Shown piece by piece: positions 48,199-57,772 of a stretch of DNA of 64,000 bases. Every line of letters begins with the position of its first letter. The stretch's first letter is position 1. A model generated the notes under the pieces. That model was not told the DNA's origin. It did no database searches and worked only from the letters and a program-made list of their open reading frames with translations. Origin of the DNA: Trueperaceae bacterium (GTDB lineage Bacteria; Deinococcota; Deinococci; Deinococcales; Trueperaceae); NCBI GenBank assembly GCA_965215565.1, contig CBDCDZ010000004.1:3456001-3520000 (forward strand), read 5' to 3'. The position numbers and the translations under genes were made by a program.

Positions 48199-49098
48199 GT
48201 GCGTATGCAGGGCAAGACGGTTGTGGTAACAGGTGCGACGAACGGTATCGGTGAGGCGATTGCGGAGGATTTGGCGGGCAAGGGTGCAAATCTCGTCATC
48301 GTCAGTCGGAACGAGGCGAAGTGCGCTGAAACAGCGAAGCGTATCAGCGAGAGGACGGGAAACCCGAACGTCACCTACTACATCGCTGACTTATCCGCGC
48401 AGGGAGAGGTACGCGACCTCGCGGATAAGCTGAACGACAACCTTGCGCGGCTCGATGTCCTCGTCAACAACGCGGGCGCATGGTTCACGGAACGCAAACT
48501 CAGCGCTGACGGTATCGAGATGACTTGGGCGCTCAATTACCTCAACTATTTTTTACTGACGCACGAGTTGACCGACCTCTTGAAGCGAACAGCGAAAGCG
48601 CACGGCGAAGCGCGAATCATCAACCAAGCCTCGAGTTCTCACTTGGAGGGCGAGATGCACTGGGATGACCTCGAGTTCGAAGCGGGTTGGGACACAAAAG
48701 GCAAAGGCAGCGTCGGGCCGGGTTGGGGCGTCTACAGCCAGAGCAAGCTGGCGAACGTCATGCACGCTTTTGCGCTAGCGCGTCGCTTAGAAGGTACGGG
48801 CGTTGTCGCTAACGCAGTTCACCCTGGCGTGGTGGTGACGGGTTTCGCTGCAAACAATGGTCTCTTCTATAAGCTGATGGCTCCCATGAGGCGGCTGTAC
48901 AACCGGAGCAGACCTCGAGACGGGGCAGAACCCGCAATTTATTTGGCTTCCGCACCCGAAGCCGCTACCATCACGGGCGCGTACTACGGACCGCCTCGTC
49001 AGCACGAAGAGGTCAATCCTATTGCGAACGATTCAAAGGCGCAAGAGCGGTTGTGGAACGTCTCTTTGGATTGTGTTGGCGCTGCTAAAGTCGCCTGA
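48199..49098 (+). CDS. SDR oxidoreductase (retinol-dehydrogenase-like)
   Basis: TGATNGIG, NNAG, YSQSKLAN, HPGVV. Confidence 0.93.
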   Translation: MRMQGKTVVVTGATNGIGEAIAEDLAGKGANLVIVSRNEAKCAETAKRISERTGNPNVTYYIADLSAQGEVRDLADKLNDNLARLDVLVNNAGAWFTERKLSADGIEMTWALNYLNYFLLTHELTDLLKRTAKAHGEARIINQASSSHLEGEMHWDDLEFEAGWDTKGKGSVGPGWGVYSQSKLANVMHAFALARRLEGTGVVANAVHPGVVVTGFAANNGLFYKLMAPMRRLYNRSRPRDGAEPAIYLASAPEAATITGAYYGPPRQHEEVNPIANDSKAQERLWNVSLDCVGAAKVA

Positions 49099-49186
49099 TG
49101 ACGTTTTTAGTGGTGAGGCTCGAGCTACTACTCGTCACCCGCTACCGCCACGTGTTCGCGCCCTTTTTCCAAGCAAAGGAGAAACT

Positions 49187-49591
49187 ATGAAACGCGGCTT
49201 ACAAGTTTTGCTCGGTATGCTCAGCCTTATTCCGCTCCTAGTCGCCTCTTTGGGCTTACTTTTCGGCGCGGGCAGGTTCGTACCCGAAGAGGTCATCACG
49301 CCAGATTTTGACAGCCACTACCGCTACATCACCGGGTACTACCTCTCGCTGACGCTGTTCGCCTGGTGGGTCATCCCTAGTATCGAAAGACACGTGGTCC
49401 CGCTACGCATCGTCAGCGCTGCTATTTTTACGGGCGGCGTCGGGCGGCTCGTATCGATGCTCGAGGTAGGGTTGCCTAGCTCGGTTGATATCGGTTTTAC
49501 GGCGCTCGAGCTGCTCTTTCCGCTGCTGCTCATCTGGCAAGCGAGGCTGCCCGAGAGGAGAGTGGAGCGGTCCCTTTCAGCTCGAGCGTAG
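49187..49591 (+). CDS. DUF4345-like membrane protein
   Basis: DSHYRY..G, GGVGRLVS, ELLFP; AAGGAG SD. Confidence 0.75.
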   Translation: MKRGLQVLLGMLSLIPLLVASLGLLFGAGRFVPEEVITPDFDSHYRYITGYYLSLTLFAWWVIPSIERHVVPLRIVSAAIFTGGVGRLVSMLEVGLPSSVDIGFTALELLFPLLLIWQARLPERRVERSLSARA

Positions 49592-49649
49592 ACCCTTTAG
49601 GAGAGTAGACTGGACGCTCGGGCGGGCGAATTCAGAAGAGGAGTCATCT

Positions 49650-50357
49650 ATGAGCACCATCACGGATACTATCGCACTCGTCACGGGTGGCAATAGAGGT
49701 ATCGGCCTCGAGGTCTGCCGCCAACTCGCCCAAAAGGACTACGCCGTCATCCTCGGCTCGAGGGACGCTGCAAGAGGTGAAGAGGCCGCGAAGAGGTTGC
49801 GGGATGAAGGTTTGGACGTTACCGCCAAACAACTCGATGTGACGGATGAAAGCACGTTGCAAGACCTTTATAGGTGGCTTGAAGAAGAGTACGGACGTTT
49901 AGACGTGCTCGTCAACAACGCAGGTATCGACTACGACACCGCTCAAAACGTCCTGAGCGCTGACTTGGACAGAGTGCGACACGTTTTCAACGTGAACACG
50001 CTCGGACCTTGGCGCGTGGCGCAAGTCTTCGTACCTCTTCTTAAAAAGAGCGAGCACGCTCGGCTCGTCAACGTCTCCTCCGGTGCGGGTGCACTTCAAG
50101 GTATGTCGGGCGGCGCGCCTGCCTGTAGCCTGTCCAAAGCAGCTTTGAACGCCCTCACGCTGATGCTCTCCGCTGAGCTTAAAAGTAGCGGCGTGTTGGT
50201 CAACGCGGCGGGTCCGGGCTGGGTGGCAACTGACATGGGCGGCTCGGGCGGACGCCCCATCCAGGACGGCGGCGCGAGCGTCGTATGGGTCGCCACCTTG
50301 CCCGATGATGGACCGACGGGGGGCTTTTTCCGGGATGGGAAGCGGGTAGAGTGGTGA
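49650..50357 (+). CDS. SDR oxidoreductase (carbonyl-reductase-like) with catalytic Tyr replaced by Cys
   Basis: TGGNRGIG, NNAG, PACSLSK, PGWVATDMGG. Confidence 0.88.
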   Translation: MSTITDTIALVTGGNRGIGLEVCRQLAQKDYAVILGSRDAARGEEAAKRLRDEGLDVTAKQLDVTDESTLQDLYRWLEEEYGRLDVLVNNAGIDYDTAQNVLSADLDRVRHVFNVNTLGPWRVAQVFVPLLKKSEHARLVNVSSGAGALQGMSGGAPACSLSKAALNALTLMLSAELKSSGVLVNAAGPGWVATDMGGSGGRPIQDGGASVVWVATLPDDGPTGGFFRDGKRVEW

Positions 50358-50426
50358 AAGGCGAGAGAAAAGGATAAAGAGAAAAGTTTATACTTTCACC
50401 TTTATCCTTTTCTCTTTCACCTTCTT

Positions 50427-50996
50427 TTAGGGAACGACTTGCCCTCCCTGCCACTCACCTTTCTCGAGCCACCAGATAAACCTCTCTTGCGGGTCGCCGA
50501 GTTTCAGGTAATCCACGTGCTTAGGATACAAAATCATCAGCGCGAAGTGCTCGGGCGGTTTGGTCTGGTCCTCTACGTCCGTTGGCGTTTCCTCTACGGG
50601 TGTGCCGGGGGGCTGGCGCAAGAAGAGGCGGCGGTTCCCTTCGCCCTGCGACCACCACAGCTCTTGGCGGCGCTGACCCCAGGGGTGGTCCTCGCTCTGG
50701 ACGGTTTCGACTTCACCGCGCAAGCGGAACTGTTCGCTCGTGGGCTTCCACCAACTATGCAGCGACATCTGCGAGCCTGCTCTCAAAGCGCGGTGCTTAG
50801 CGCTTCTGGTGTCGCTAAAGAAGTAGGGGAAACCCGTTTCGTCCGCCAGACCTCTTAGTACAACCGTGCGCACCTCGGGCAGACCATCCGGCGAGACGGT
50901 GGCAAGTTGGATGAAGCGGTCTTTGTTTTTGTGAAAGGCGGTGCGCCATAAGGAGAGCCAGGGAGGGGTCATCTCTTTAGCATGGCGCTTACTCAC
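50427..50996 (-). CDS. pyridoxamine 5'-phosphate oxidase-like FMN-binding protein
   Basis: QLATV..G.P.VRTVVLRG, SDTRSAK, EQFRLRG, VDYLKL. Confidence 0.85.
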   Translation of the reverse strand: MSKRHAKEMTPPWLSLWRTAFHKNKDRFIQLATVSPDGLPEVRTVVLRGLADETGFPYFFSDTRSAKHRALRAGSQMSLHSWWKPTSEQFRLRGEVETVQSEDHPWGQRRQELWWSQGEGNRRLFLRQPPGTPVEETPTDVEDQTKPPEHFALMILYPKHVDYLKLGDPQERFIWWLEKGEWQGGQVVP

Positions 50997-51176
50997 GGGC
51001 GGAGCAGCGCGCTAGCTGACACTTCAAAAGGTCCACCTGTAGCCTACGCCTAAGCGGAAGAATACGGGAATGACTGGACCTGAATCGCCCGGCTCGAGCC
51101 TCTCGAGCAAAAGGAACGGTTTTGAGCGGAATGCGCACCGAAAACCGCGTGACCTTGACAAAGGTATAATCCTTCT

Positions 51177-51779
51177 ATGAACCCACGCACAGTCGGCATC
51201 CTCATTTTTGACGAGGTGGAAGTTTTAGATTTTTGCGGACCTTTCGAAGTTTTCTCCGTCTCGCGTCCCGAGGGCGTCAAGGACGACGAGTCGCGCCTCT
51301 TCGAAGTTTTCACCATTGCCGAAGAGGAAAAAACGGTGCGCTGCCGTGGCGGGTTGCTCGTGCAGCCTCACCACACGCTCGAGAACGCACCGCCTCTCGA
51401 TATCGTTATCGTTCCTGGCGGTCAGGGGACGCGGCGCGAGCGGCACAATCAGACACTTCTAGATTGGCTCGAGGCGCAAAACGAGCAGACCGAACTCACG
51501 CTGAGCGTCTGCACGGGCGCGTTTTTGCTCGCCGAAAGAGGTCTTTTAGACGGCAAGAAAGCCACGACGCATTGGGGCAGTGTGGGCTTCATGCGCGAGA
51601 CATATCCAAAGGTGGAGATGTTGGAAGAGGTGCGCTACGTGGACGAAGGGCGCATCGTGACCTCGGCGGGGATTTCGGCAGGCATTGATATGTCGCTCCA
51701 TGTTGTTGAGAAGCTGCATGGGCGAGCGGTGGCGCAGTGGACGGCGCGGCGTATGGAATACGAGTGGAATCGAGCCTGA
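51177..51779 (+). CDS. DJ-1/PfpI family protein
   Basis: LDFCGPFEVF, VPGG, SVCTG, TTHW, TSAGISAGID. Confidence 0.93.
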   Translation: MNPRTVGILIFDEVEVLDFCGPFEVFSVSRPEGVKDDESRLFEVFTIAEEEKTVRCRGGLLVQPHHTLENAPPLDIVIVPGGQGTRRERHNQTLLDWLEAQNEQTELTLSVCTGAFLLAERGLLDGKKATTHWGSVGFMRETYPKVEMLEEVRYVDEGRIVTSAGISAGIDMSLHVVEKLHGRAVAQWTARRMEYEWNRA

Positions 51780-52822
51780 ACTACTTCAACCACCGCGTCC
51801 ACAAGGCTAAAACTCGCTGGCAGCGCCGCGAATTTATCGGCAAGTGGCGGCGTATCGTCGCCAAAGACCCGCGCTGGGTCGCGCCACACGGAGCGAGCTT
51901 GCGGCGCGAACTGCGCGATTCGTCTACGCACCTCATCTACGTGGACGCCTTGCCCCGAGACCCAAGCTTCAGGGGCTCAAGCTTGGAGTCCGCCGTCGCC
52001 GCTGCCATCATCCGCCCCAATCCGCTCAAAAGAGATACGGGCTATCTGAGTTTTCTGCACACCATCAACCATAGGGACACGCTCTCAGTGCTGCTCGAGT
52101 CCCTGCCTGAGTACCTCCGCCCGCACGGAATCCGCACCCTCCTCGGACCGGCGCACCTCTTTCCGCATCTGGGAAGTGGCGTGTTGGCGAGCCACTGGCA
52201 CCTCACGCCGCCCCTCCACACGCCTTACAACCCGCCCTACTTTTCTGAACTCTGCCAGAGCCTGATGAAACCTGCCGAAACGTTGCAGCTTTATCACCTC
52301 TCTGCGGACGTTTCTGCGGACCTTCGACCTCTTGGCGGCTCGCCCGCGACGCTCTCGCCTTTGGAACCGGCGCGGTTGGCTCAGGATTTGCTCCCCCTCT
52401 TGCAAGTTGCGTGCGCCGTGAATCCTTCGTTCTCGCCGCCTAGCGCGGAAGAGGCAGTGAGGATGCTGAAGTGGCTTGCAACCTCACCTCTTTACGGTTG
52501 GCTCGCCGAGGTTGAGGGACAGGGTGTGGGGTTTGTCCTCATGCAGGCTGACCTGCCGGGAAGGAGAAGAGGCTTGCGCCTTAGAAGACGAGAGGTCTCG
52601 AGCGGACGCCTTCTCTTTTTAGGCGTATCGCCCGACTTTAGAGGGCGCGGAATCGCGCATCACCTCTTGTCGCAAGCTTTGAACGTTGCTTGTGAGAGGG
52701 GGTGGGAGTCGCTCAGCGTTGGACCCCTGCCGCGCAACACGGGCGAGTTTTTGCACAAGGTTTCACAAGGGTGGGGCGCAGAGCCGGTTCAAAACTACGT
52801 CCTCTACCGCTACGCTTTATAG
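51764..52822 (+). CDS. GNAT-domain protein (YghO-like)
   Basis: DPRWVAP, PYNPPY, GVSPDFRGRGIA; start uncertain. Confidence 0.7.
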   Translation: MESSLNYFNHRVHKAKTRWQRREFIGKWRRIVAKDPRWVAPHGASLRRELRDSSTHLIYVDALPRDPSFRGSSLESAVAAAIIRPNPLKRDTGYLSFLHTINHRDTLSVLLESLPEYLRPHGIRTLLGPAHLFPHLGSGVLASHWHLTPPLHTPYNPPYFSELCQSLMKPAETLQLYHLSADVSADLRPLGGSPATLSPLEPARLAQDLLPLLQVACAVNPSFSPPSAEEAVRMLKWLATSPLYGWLAEVEGQGVGFVLMQADLPGRRRGLRLRRREVSSGRLLFLGVSPDFRGRGIAHHLLSQALNVACERGWESLSVGPLPRNTGEFLHKVSQGWGAEPVQNYVLYRYAL

Positions 52823-52920
52823 TCATCCTCTGCTTGCAACCATCCTCTGTGAGTTCTTGGCAACAGTAAAAGCATTAGTCAATACATTGCTCGGGGCGCG
52901 CACTCGCTAGAGTCAGGAAC

Positions 52921-53038
52921 TAAAGCTCTGAACATGGCGTTGAGACCGAGCTTGTATCACGCAGATATCATCTCCAAACGTGCGTACTCGTCTATGTTTT
53001 TTCCGGTGAGGGCGTCTCTGACCGGATGATACCTGCTG
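52921..53038 (+). repeat. family A element upstream of fbp
   Basis: GCAGATATCATCT...CTCTGACCGGATGATACCTGCTG; left end degenerate. Confidence 0.8.
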
Positions 53039-53052
53039 TAAAAGGAGGACAG

Positions 53053-54048
53053 ATGGCATCACCTCAAAGTAGGTACGTCACACTCGACCGTTTTTTGGTC
53101 GAGCAGCAGCGTAAGTACCCCGAAGCGTCGGGCAGGTTCACGCGCTTCATGGGGCAGATCGGTACGGTGGCGAAGATCATCTCGAACTACATGAGCCGCG
53201 CCGCCTTGGACGGGCTCTTAGGCACGACGGGCGAGGAGAACGTGCAGGGCGAGCAGGTCAAGCAACTAGACGAACTCGGCAACCGCGTCTTCGTTGAGGC
53301 GTTTGAATACGTGGACATCGTGGGGATGCTCGTCTCAGAGGAGATGAGTGAAGCGCGGAGTTTCCGGGAGCACGACACGTCGGGCGGCTACGCCATCATG
53401 GTGGACCCCGTGGACGGCTCCTCGAACGTGGACACGAACGGCATCATCGGCTCGATCTTTTCAGTCCACGACATCGAAGGGTCACTAGAGGAGTCTTTGA
53501 AGCAGCGCGGCAGCGAGCAGATCGCGGCGGGCTACATCATGTACGGTCCCTCCACGACGCTTGTCTATACCGCTAAAGACGGCGTTCACTCCTTTGTACT
53601 AGACCATCAAATCGGCGAGTTTGTGCTCGTAGACCCCGACATCAAGATGCCCGAGCGGGGCGAAACCTTCAGCGCGAACTTGGGGCGCTACAACTTCTGG
53701 AGTGCGCCCGCGAAAAAGTTTTCTGACCATTTCATGGCGGTGGATAACGGACCCTATTCGCTCAGGTATTCGGGCGCACTGCTCGCGGACTTGCACCGCA
53801 TCTTGTTCGAGGGCGGCGTCTACTACTACCCCGAAGATGAGGAGAAGCCGGACGGCAAGCTGCGCCTCCTCTACGAGTGCGCCCCCTTAGCCCTCATCGC
53901 CGAAGAAGCGGGCGGCGCGGCGACAAGCGGCAAGGAACGCATTTTGGACATCGACCCCGCCGAGATTCACCAGCGCGTCCCCCTCATCATCGGCAGCAAA
54001 CACGAAGTCGAATTGTACCGAGAACTCAGCCAGGCGCAGACCGCCTAG
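53053..54048 (+). CDS. fbp: class 1 fructose-1,6-bisphosphatase
   Basis: NVQGE..KQLD, SEE, DPVDGSSN, RYSG, GKLRLLYEC; AGGAGG SD. Confidence 0.96.
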   Translation: MASPQSRYVTLDRFLVEQQRKYPEASGRFTRFMGQIGTVAKIISNYMSRAALDGLLGTTGEENVQGEQVKQLDELGNRVFVEAFEYVDIVGMLVSEEMSEARSFREHDTSGGYAIMVDPVDGSSNVDTNGIIGSIFSVHDIEGSLEESLKQRGSEQIAAGYIMYGPSTTLVYTAKDGVHSFVLDHQIGEFVLVDPDIKMPERGETFSANLGRYNFWSAPAKKFSDHFMAVDNGPYSLRYSGALLADLHRILFEGGVYYYPEDEEKPDGKLRLLYECAPLALIAEEAGGAATSGKERILDIDPAEIHQRVPLIIGSKHEVELYRELSQAQTA

Positions 54049-54090
54049 ACGGAGCCGTTTTAGGATACATACCGGGAGGCAACTAAAAGT

Positions 54091-55032
54091 ATGAAACAAG
54101 AAGTCAAGAAAATCTTAGACAACTACGCGGGCGAGAATCCCGGCGTGCTCACCAACTTGGCGCGCCTTCTCAACCACGGGACGCTCGGCGGCACGGGCAA
54201 AATGGTCATCTTACCTGTCGATCAAGGCTTCGAGCACGGTCCGACGCGCTCGTTCGCGGACAACCCCGACGGGTATGACCCGGCGTATCACTACCAACTC
54301 GCGGTTGACGCGGGCTGCAACGCTTACGCTGCGCCCTTGGGCTCGCTGGAAGCGGCGGCGGCGGAGTTCGTGGGCGACGTGCCCCTCATCTTGAAGCTCA
54401 ACAACCACGACTCGATGGCTGCGGACGGCGATGACCCTATTCCTTCGGTAACTGCCTCGGTAGAGGACGCCCTGCGGCTCGGCTGCAGCGCCGTAGGCTA
54501 CACCATCTATCCGGGCTCGGCGCACTTCAAGTCGATGTACGAGGAAATTCGCGCCATCGGTCAAGACGCGAAGCGGCACGGCCTGGCGGTGGTCATCTGG
54601 TCTTACCCGCGCGGCTCGTCGCTCTCTAAAGAGGGCGAAACCGCCGTGGACGTGGCGGCGTACGCCGCGCAGATCGCCGCGCAGTTGGGCGCGAACATCA
54701 TTAAGGTAAAGCTGCCGACCGAGCATTTGGAGCTAGACAAGGATAAAGACAAGTTCGAGGAGCAGGGTATCCCTATCAGTTCCGTTGCCGAGCGCGTCCG
54801 CTACGTGATGAGAAGCGCCTTTAACGGACGGCGCATCGTCGTCTTTTCGGGCGGCTCCAAAGCGAGCGAGGAGAGCTTTTTAGAGGATATTCGCGGCATC
54901 TACCAGGGCGGCGGCAACGGCTCGATCATCGGGCGCAACTCGTTTCAGCGTCCCAAGGATGACGCGGTGCGCTTTTTGGGCAACGTGATGGATATCTACC
55001 AGGGCAAAGGGGAAGAGGTTTTCTCGAGCTAG
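54091..55032 (+). CDS. fbaB: class I fructose-bisphosphate aldolase (DhnA type)
   Basis: ILPVDQGFEHGP, WSYPRG, IIKVK, FSGG, GRNSFQR. Confidence 0.93.
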   Translation: MKQEVKKILDNYAGENPGVLTNLARLLNHGTLGGTGKMVILPVDQGFEHGPTRSFADNPDGYDPAYHYQLAVDAGCNAYAAPLGSLEAAAAEFVGDVPLILKLNNHDSMAADGDDPIPSVTASVEDALRLGCSAVGYTIYPGSAHFKSMYEEIRAIGQDAKRHGLAVVIWSYPRGSSLSKEGETAVDVAAYAAQIAAQLGANIIKVKLPTEHLELDKDKDKFEEQGIPISSVAERVRYVMRSAFNGRRIVVFSGGSKASEESFLEDIRGIYQGGGNGSIIGRNSFQRPKDDAVRFLGNVMDIYQGKGEEVFSS

Positions 55033-55062
55033 CCGGCTGAGCCCCTTCTGTCTACCAAACAC

Positions 55063-55089
55063 GTAGGGGGGATTCATGAATCCCCCTAC
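55063..55089. repeat. GTAG REP palindrome
   Basis: GTAGGGGGGATTCATGAATCCCCCTAC. Confidence 0.8.
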
Positions 55090-55110
55090 AACATTTGCCT
55101 AGCTCTCTAT

Positions 55111-56196
55111 CTACACGTTGAACAAGAAGTTCATCACGTCGCCGTCTTTCACGACGTAATCTTTCCCTTCCGTGCGCAGCCAGCCTTTGGAGCGCGCCGC
55201 AACGTTGCCGCCCGCCTCCACGAGCTTGTCCCAGTCGATGACCTCCGCGCGGATAAAACCCCGCTCGAAGTCCGTGTGGATTTCGCCCGCCGCTTGCGGG
55301 GCGCGGTTGCCCTCCTTAACCGTCCAGGCGCGGACCTCTTTCTCGCCCGCCGTTAAAAAGGTGATGAGCCCCAAAGCCTTGTAGCCTTTGCGGATGAGGC
55401 GGTTTAAGCCTGGCTCCTCCAAGCCGTAATCGCGCAAAAACTCCATCGCCTCCTCTTCGTCTAACTCGGCGAGTTCGCCTTCAATCTTCGCCGAGATGAC
55501 GACGACCTCCGCGCCCTCTTTGTCCGCGTACTCGCGCACCTCTTCGACTAGGGCGTTGCCCGTCGCCGCGTCCTCTTCGGAGACGTTGCAGACGTAGATG
55601 ACGGGCTTCGCGGTCAAGAGGTTGAAGTCTTTGGGAAGTTCGATGTCGGTTTGCCGCGCCGGAATTCCTTCGGAGAGCCTTTCAATCATCTTCTCGGTTG
55701 CTTCGACGACTAAAGCGTCCTCTTTATTGGAACGGGCGCTGCGGCGGAGTTTCTCGAGCCTCTTTTCCAAACTCGTAATATCCGCCAACGCAAGCTCTGT
55801 GTTGATGATTTCGATATCGCCAATCGGGTCCACTTTCCCGGCGACGTGCACCACGTTCGGGTCTTCGAAGCAGCGCACGACGTGGGCGATGGCGGAGACC
55901 TCGCGGATGTTCGCTAAAAACTGATTGCCTAAACCCTCGCCCTGACTCGCCCCCTTAACCAAACCCGCGATGTCCACGAATTCAACCGTGGTTGGCACGA
56001 CGGGCGGCACGCGCTCGCCCTTGACGTAGACCTGTTTAAGCGCCTCCAAGCGCTCGTCGGGCACGGGGACGACGCCGACGTTTTTGTCGATGGTGGCGAA
56101 GGGGTAATTCGCCGCCTCGACGCCCGCTTTGGTAATCGCGTTAAAGAGGGTGCTCTTGCCGACGTTCGGCAGTCCTACAATTCCTATTCCTAGCAT
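55111..56196 (-). CDS. ychF: redox-regulated ATPase YchF
   Basis: GIVGLPNVGKSTLFNA, DIAGLV.GAS.GEGLGN, IHTDFERGFIRAE. Confidence 0.98.
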   Translation of the reverse strand: MLGIGIVGLPNVGKSTLFNAITKAGVEAANYPFATIDKNVGVVPVPDERLEALKQVYVKGERVPPVVPTTVEFVDIAGLVKGASQGEGLGNQFLANIREVSAIAHVVRCFEDPNVVHVAGKVDPIGDIEIINTELALADITSLEKRLEKLRRSARSNKEDALVVEATEKMIERLSEGIPARQTDIELPKDFNLLTAKPVIYVCNVSEEDAATGNALVEEVREYADKEGAEVVVISAKIEGELAELDEEEAMEFLRDYGLEEPGLNRLIRKGYKALGLITFLTAGEKEVRAWTVKEGNRAPQAAGEIHTDFERGFIRAEVIDWDKLVEAGGNVAARSKGWLRTEGKDYVVKDGDVMNFLFNV

Positions 56197-56319
56197 CTAT
56201 TTCCTAACTTAACTCGAAAATCTTTGATTCTTTCTGCGCGCCGCTGCCTTCGCATAGATACGGCTCAGAACCTCTTTGAATTTTGTACAGTCAGCTTTCT
56301 CGGTGAGGGAGTGTGCGGC

Positions 56320-56347
56320 GTAGGGGCGATTCATGAATCGCCCCTAC
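56320..56347. repeat. GTAG REP palindrome
   Basis: GTAGGGGCGATTCATGAATCGCCCCTAC, perfect 28-bp palindrome. Confidence 0.85.
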
Positions 56348-56465
56348 ATTTGCCTCTTTCTGTGACGTTTTCAGCGTGGTTTACTCATACGAATATATAG
56401 AGGAAACGCACAGTCCTACCCAAAGGAGCAGTATAGCAAGGCGTCATCATGTTATCCTCACCCTC

Positions 56466-57488
56466 ATGACACGAGGCGCAAAGCGTATTGGACTGCTCGG
56501 GGCGGGCACGGTAGGAACGGCGTTGGCGAAACTTTTGCAGGAGCGCATTCATGCGTGTGAAGTCGAGGCGGAGTTGGGCAAGGTGCTCGTGAGGGATACG
56601 GGTAGGGCTCGAGGCACAATCCCCACTGACAAACTCACCACCGACGCGCAAGAGGTTCTCCAGGACGCCGACATCGTCGTTGAACTCATCGGTGGCACGG
56701 ACCTCGCGGGCGACGCCATGCTGCAAGCGCTCAAAGAGGGTAAGCGCGTCGTCACCGCGAACAAAGCGGTACTCGCCGAGAGGTGGGCTGAGTTTAAGCC
56801 CTACTTGGAAGCGGGAACGCTCTATTTCGAGGCGGCGGTGATGGCGGGCACGCCCATCATCGGTCCGTTAACCAATGCGCTACGCGGCTCTAAACCCCTG
56901 GAGATGCACGCCCTTTTGAACGGAACGTGTAACTATATTTTGAGCGAGATGGAAGCGGGCAAGGACTTTAAGACCGCCCTAGACGAAGCGCAGCGGCTCG
57001 GTTACGCCGAAGCCGACCCGACCCTAGACATCGAAGGCTTCGACGCCGCGCACAAGCTCACCCTCTTAGCGCGGCTCACGGTTCTGCCTGACCTTGCTTG
57101 GGATGAGGTCAAGGCGCGCACGATTGGCATCTCGCACCTTACCGACACGCACATCACCGAGGCGATGGAGGACGGCGGGCGCGTGCGCTTAGTCGGCAGC
57201 GTCTACCCGAAAGAGGGCGCGTGGCGCGTGGAGGTGCGTCCGGCTTACTTGGCGGCGTCGCATCCCTTGGCGGGCTCGGCGAGCAACCGCAACGGGCTAC
57301 TTTTCAAAGGCGACGCCATCGGCGACGTGCTCATTACAGGCGCGGGCGCAGGCGCGGAACCTACCGCAAGCGCCGTACTCGCCGATGTACTCTGCGCGGT
57401 GGCGGAGCGTCCAGGTCCGAGGTTGCTCTCTCAGGCGGCAGCTCTACCCGAGAATTATGAAGTTTTAGAGCTAGGTCCGGTAGGCTAG
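56466..57488 (+). CDS. hom: homoserine dehydrogenase (no ACT domain)
   Basis: GAGTVG, VTANK, FEAAVMAG, NGTCNYIL, GYAEADP..DIEG.DAAHK. Confidence 0.95.
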   Translation: MTRGAKRIGLLGAGTVGTALAKLLQERIHACEVEAELGKVLVRDTGRARGTIPTDKLTTDAQEVLQDADIVVELIGGTDLAGDAMLQALKEGKRVVTANKAVLAERWAEFKPYLEAGTLYFEAAVMAGTPIIGPLTNALRGSKPLEMHALLNGTCNYILSEMEAGKDFKTALDEAQRLGYAEADPTLDIEGFDAAHKLTLLARLTVLPDLAWDEVKARTIGISHLTDTHITEAMEDGGRVRLVGSVYPKEGAWRVEVRPAYLAASHPLAGSASNRNGLLFKGDAIGDVLITGAGAGAEPTASAVLADVLCAVAERPGPRLLSQAAALPENYEVLELGPVG

Positions 57489-57492
57489 CCTT

Positions 57493-57768
57493 ATGCAGTG
57501 GGACTATCTAGCACTCCGCTTCGGCTTCAAAGGGCTCGGCGTCACCCAGGAGCTGAGTTCACTCGATCACAATGGAGAGCGCCTGGGCGATACCTGGACG
57601 AGTGCGCGCGGGTACGACGCTGCGACGCTCCCCGAGCTTCTCACGCTCGCAGGTGAGGACGGTTGGGAACTCGTCACGCACGCCGTTCAGACCTCACAGT
57701 CGTCGGGTATGCCGGAGCACTACCTGACCTTTAAGCGCCCCAAAGAAGATGCGCCGGTTTTAGGATAA
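57493..57768 (+). CDS. small hypothetical protein (DUF4177-like)
   Basis: WDY...GEDGWELV...FKRP pattern. Confidence 0.65.
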   Translation: MQWDYLALRFGFKGLGVTQELSSLDHNGERLGDTWTSARGYDAATLPELLTLAGEDGWELVTHAVQTSQSSGMPEHYLTFKRPKEDAPVLG

Positions 57769-57772
57769 AAGA

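Noticed and set aside
56197..56465. Thr attenuator or T-box upstream of hom
   Set aside because: No Thr/Ile-rich leader ORF or T-box consensus found; only a REP palindrome
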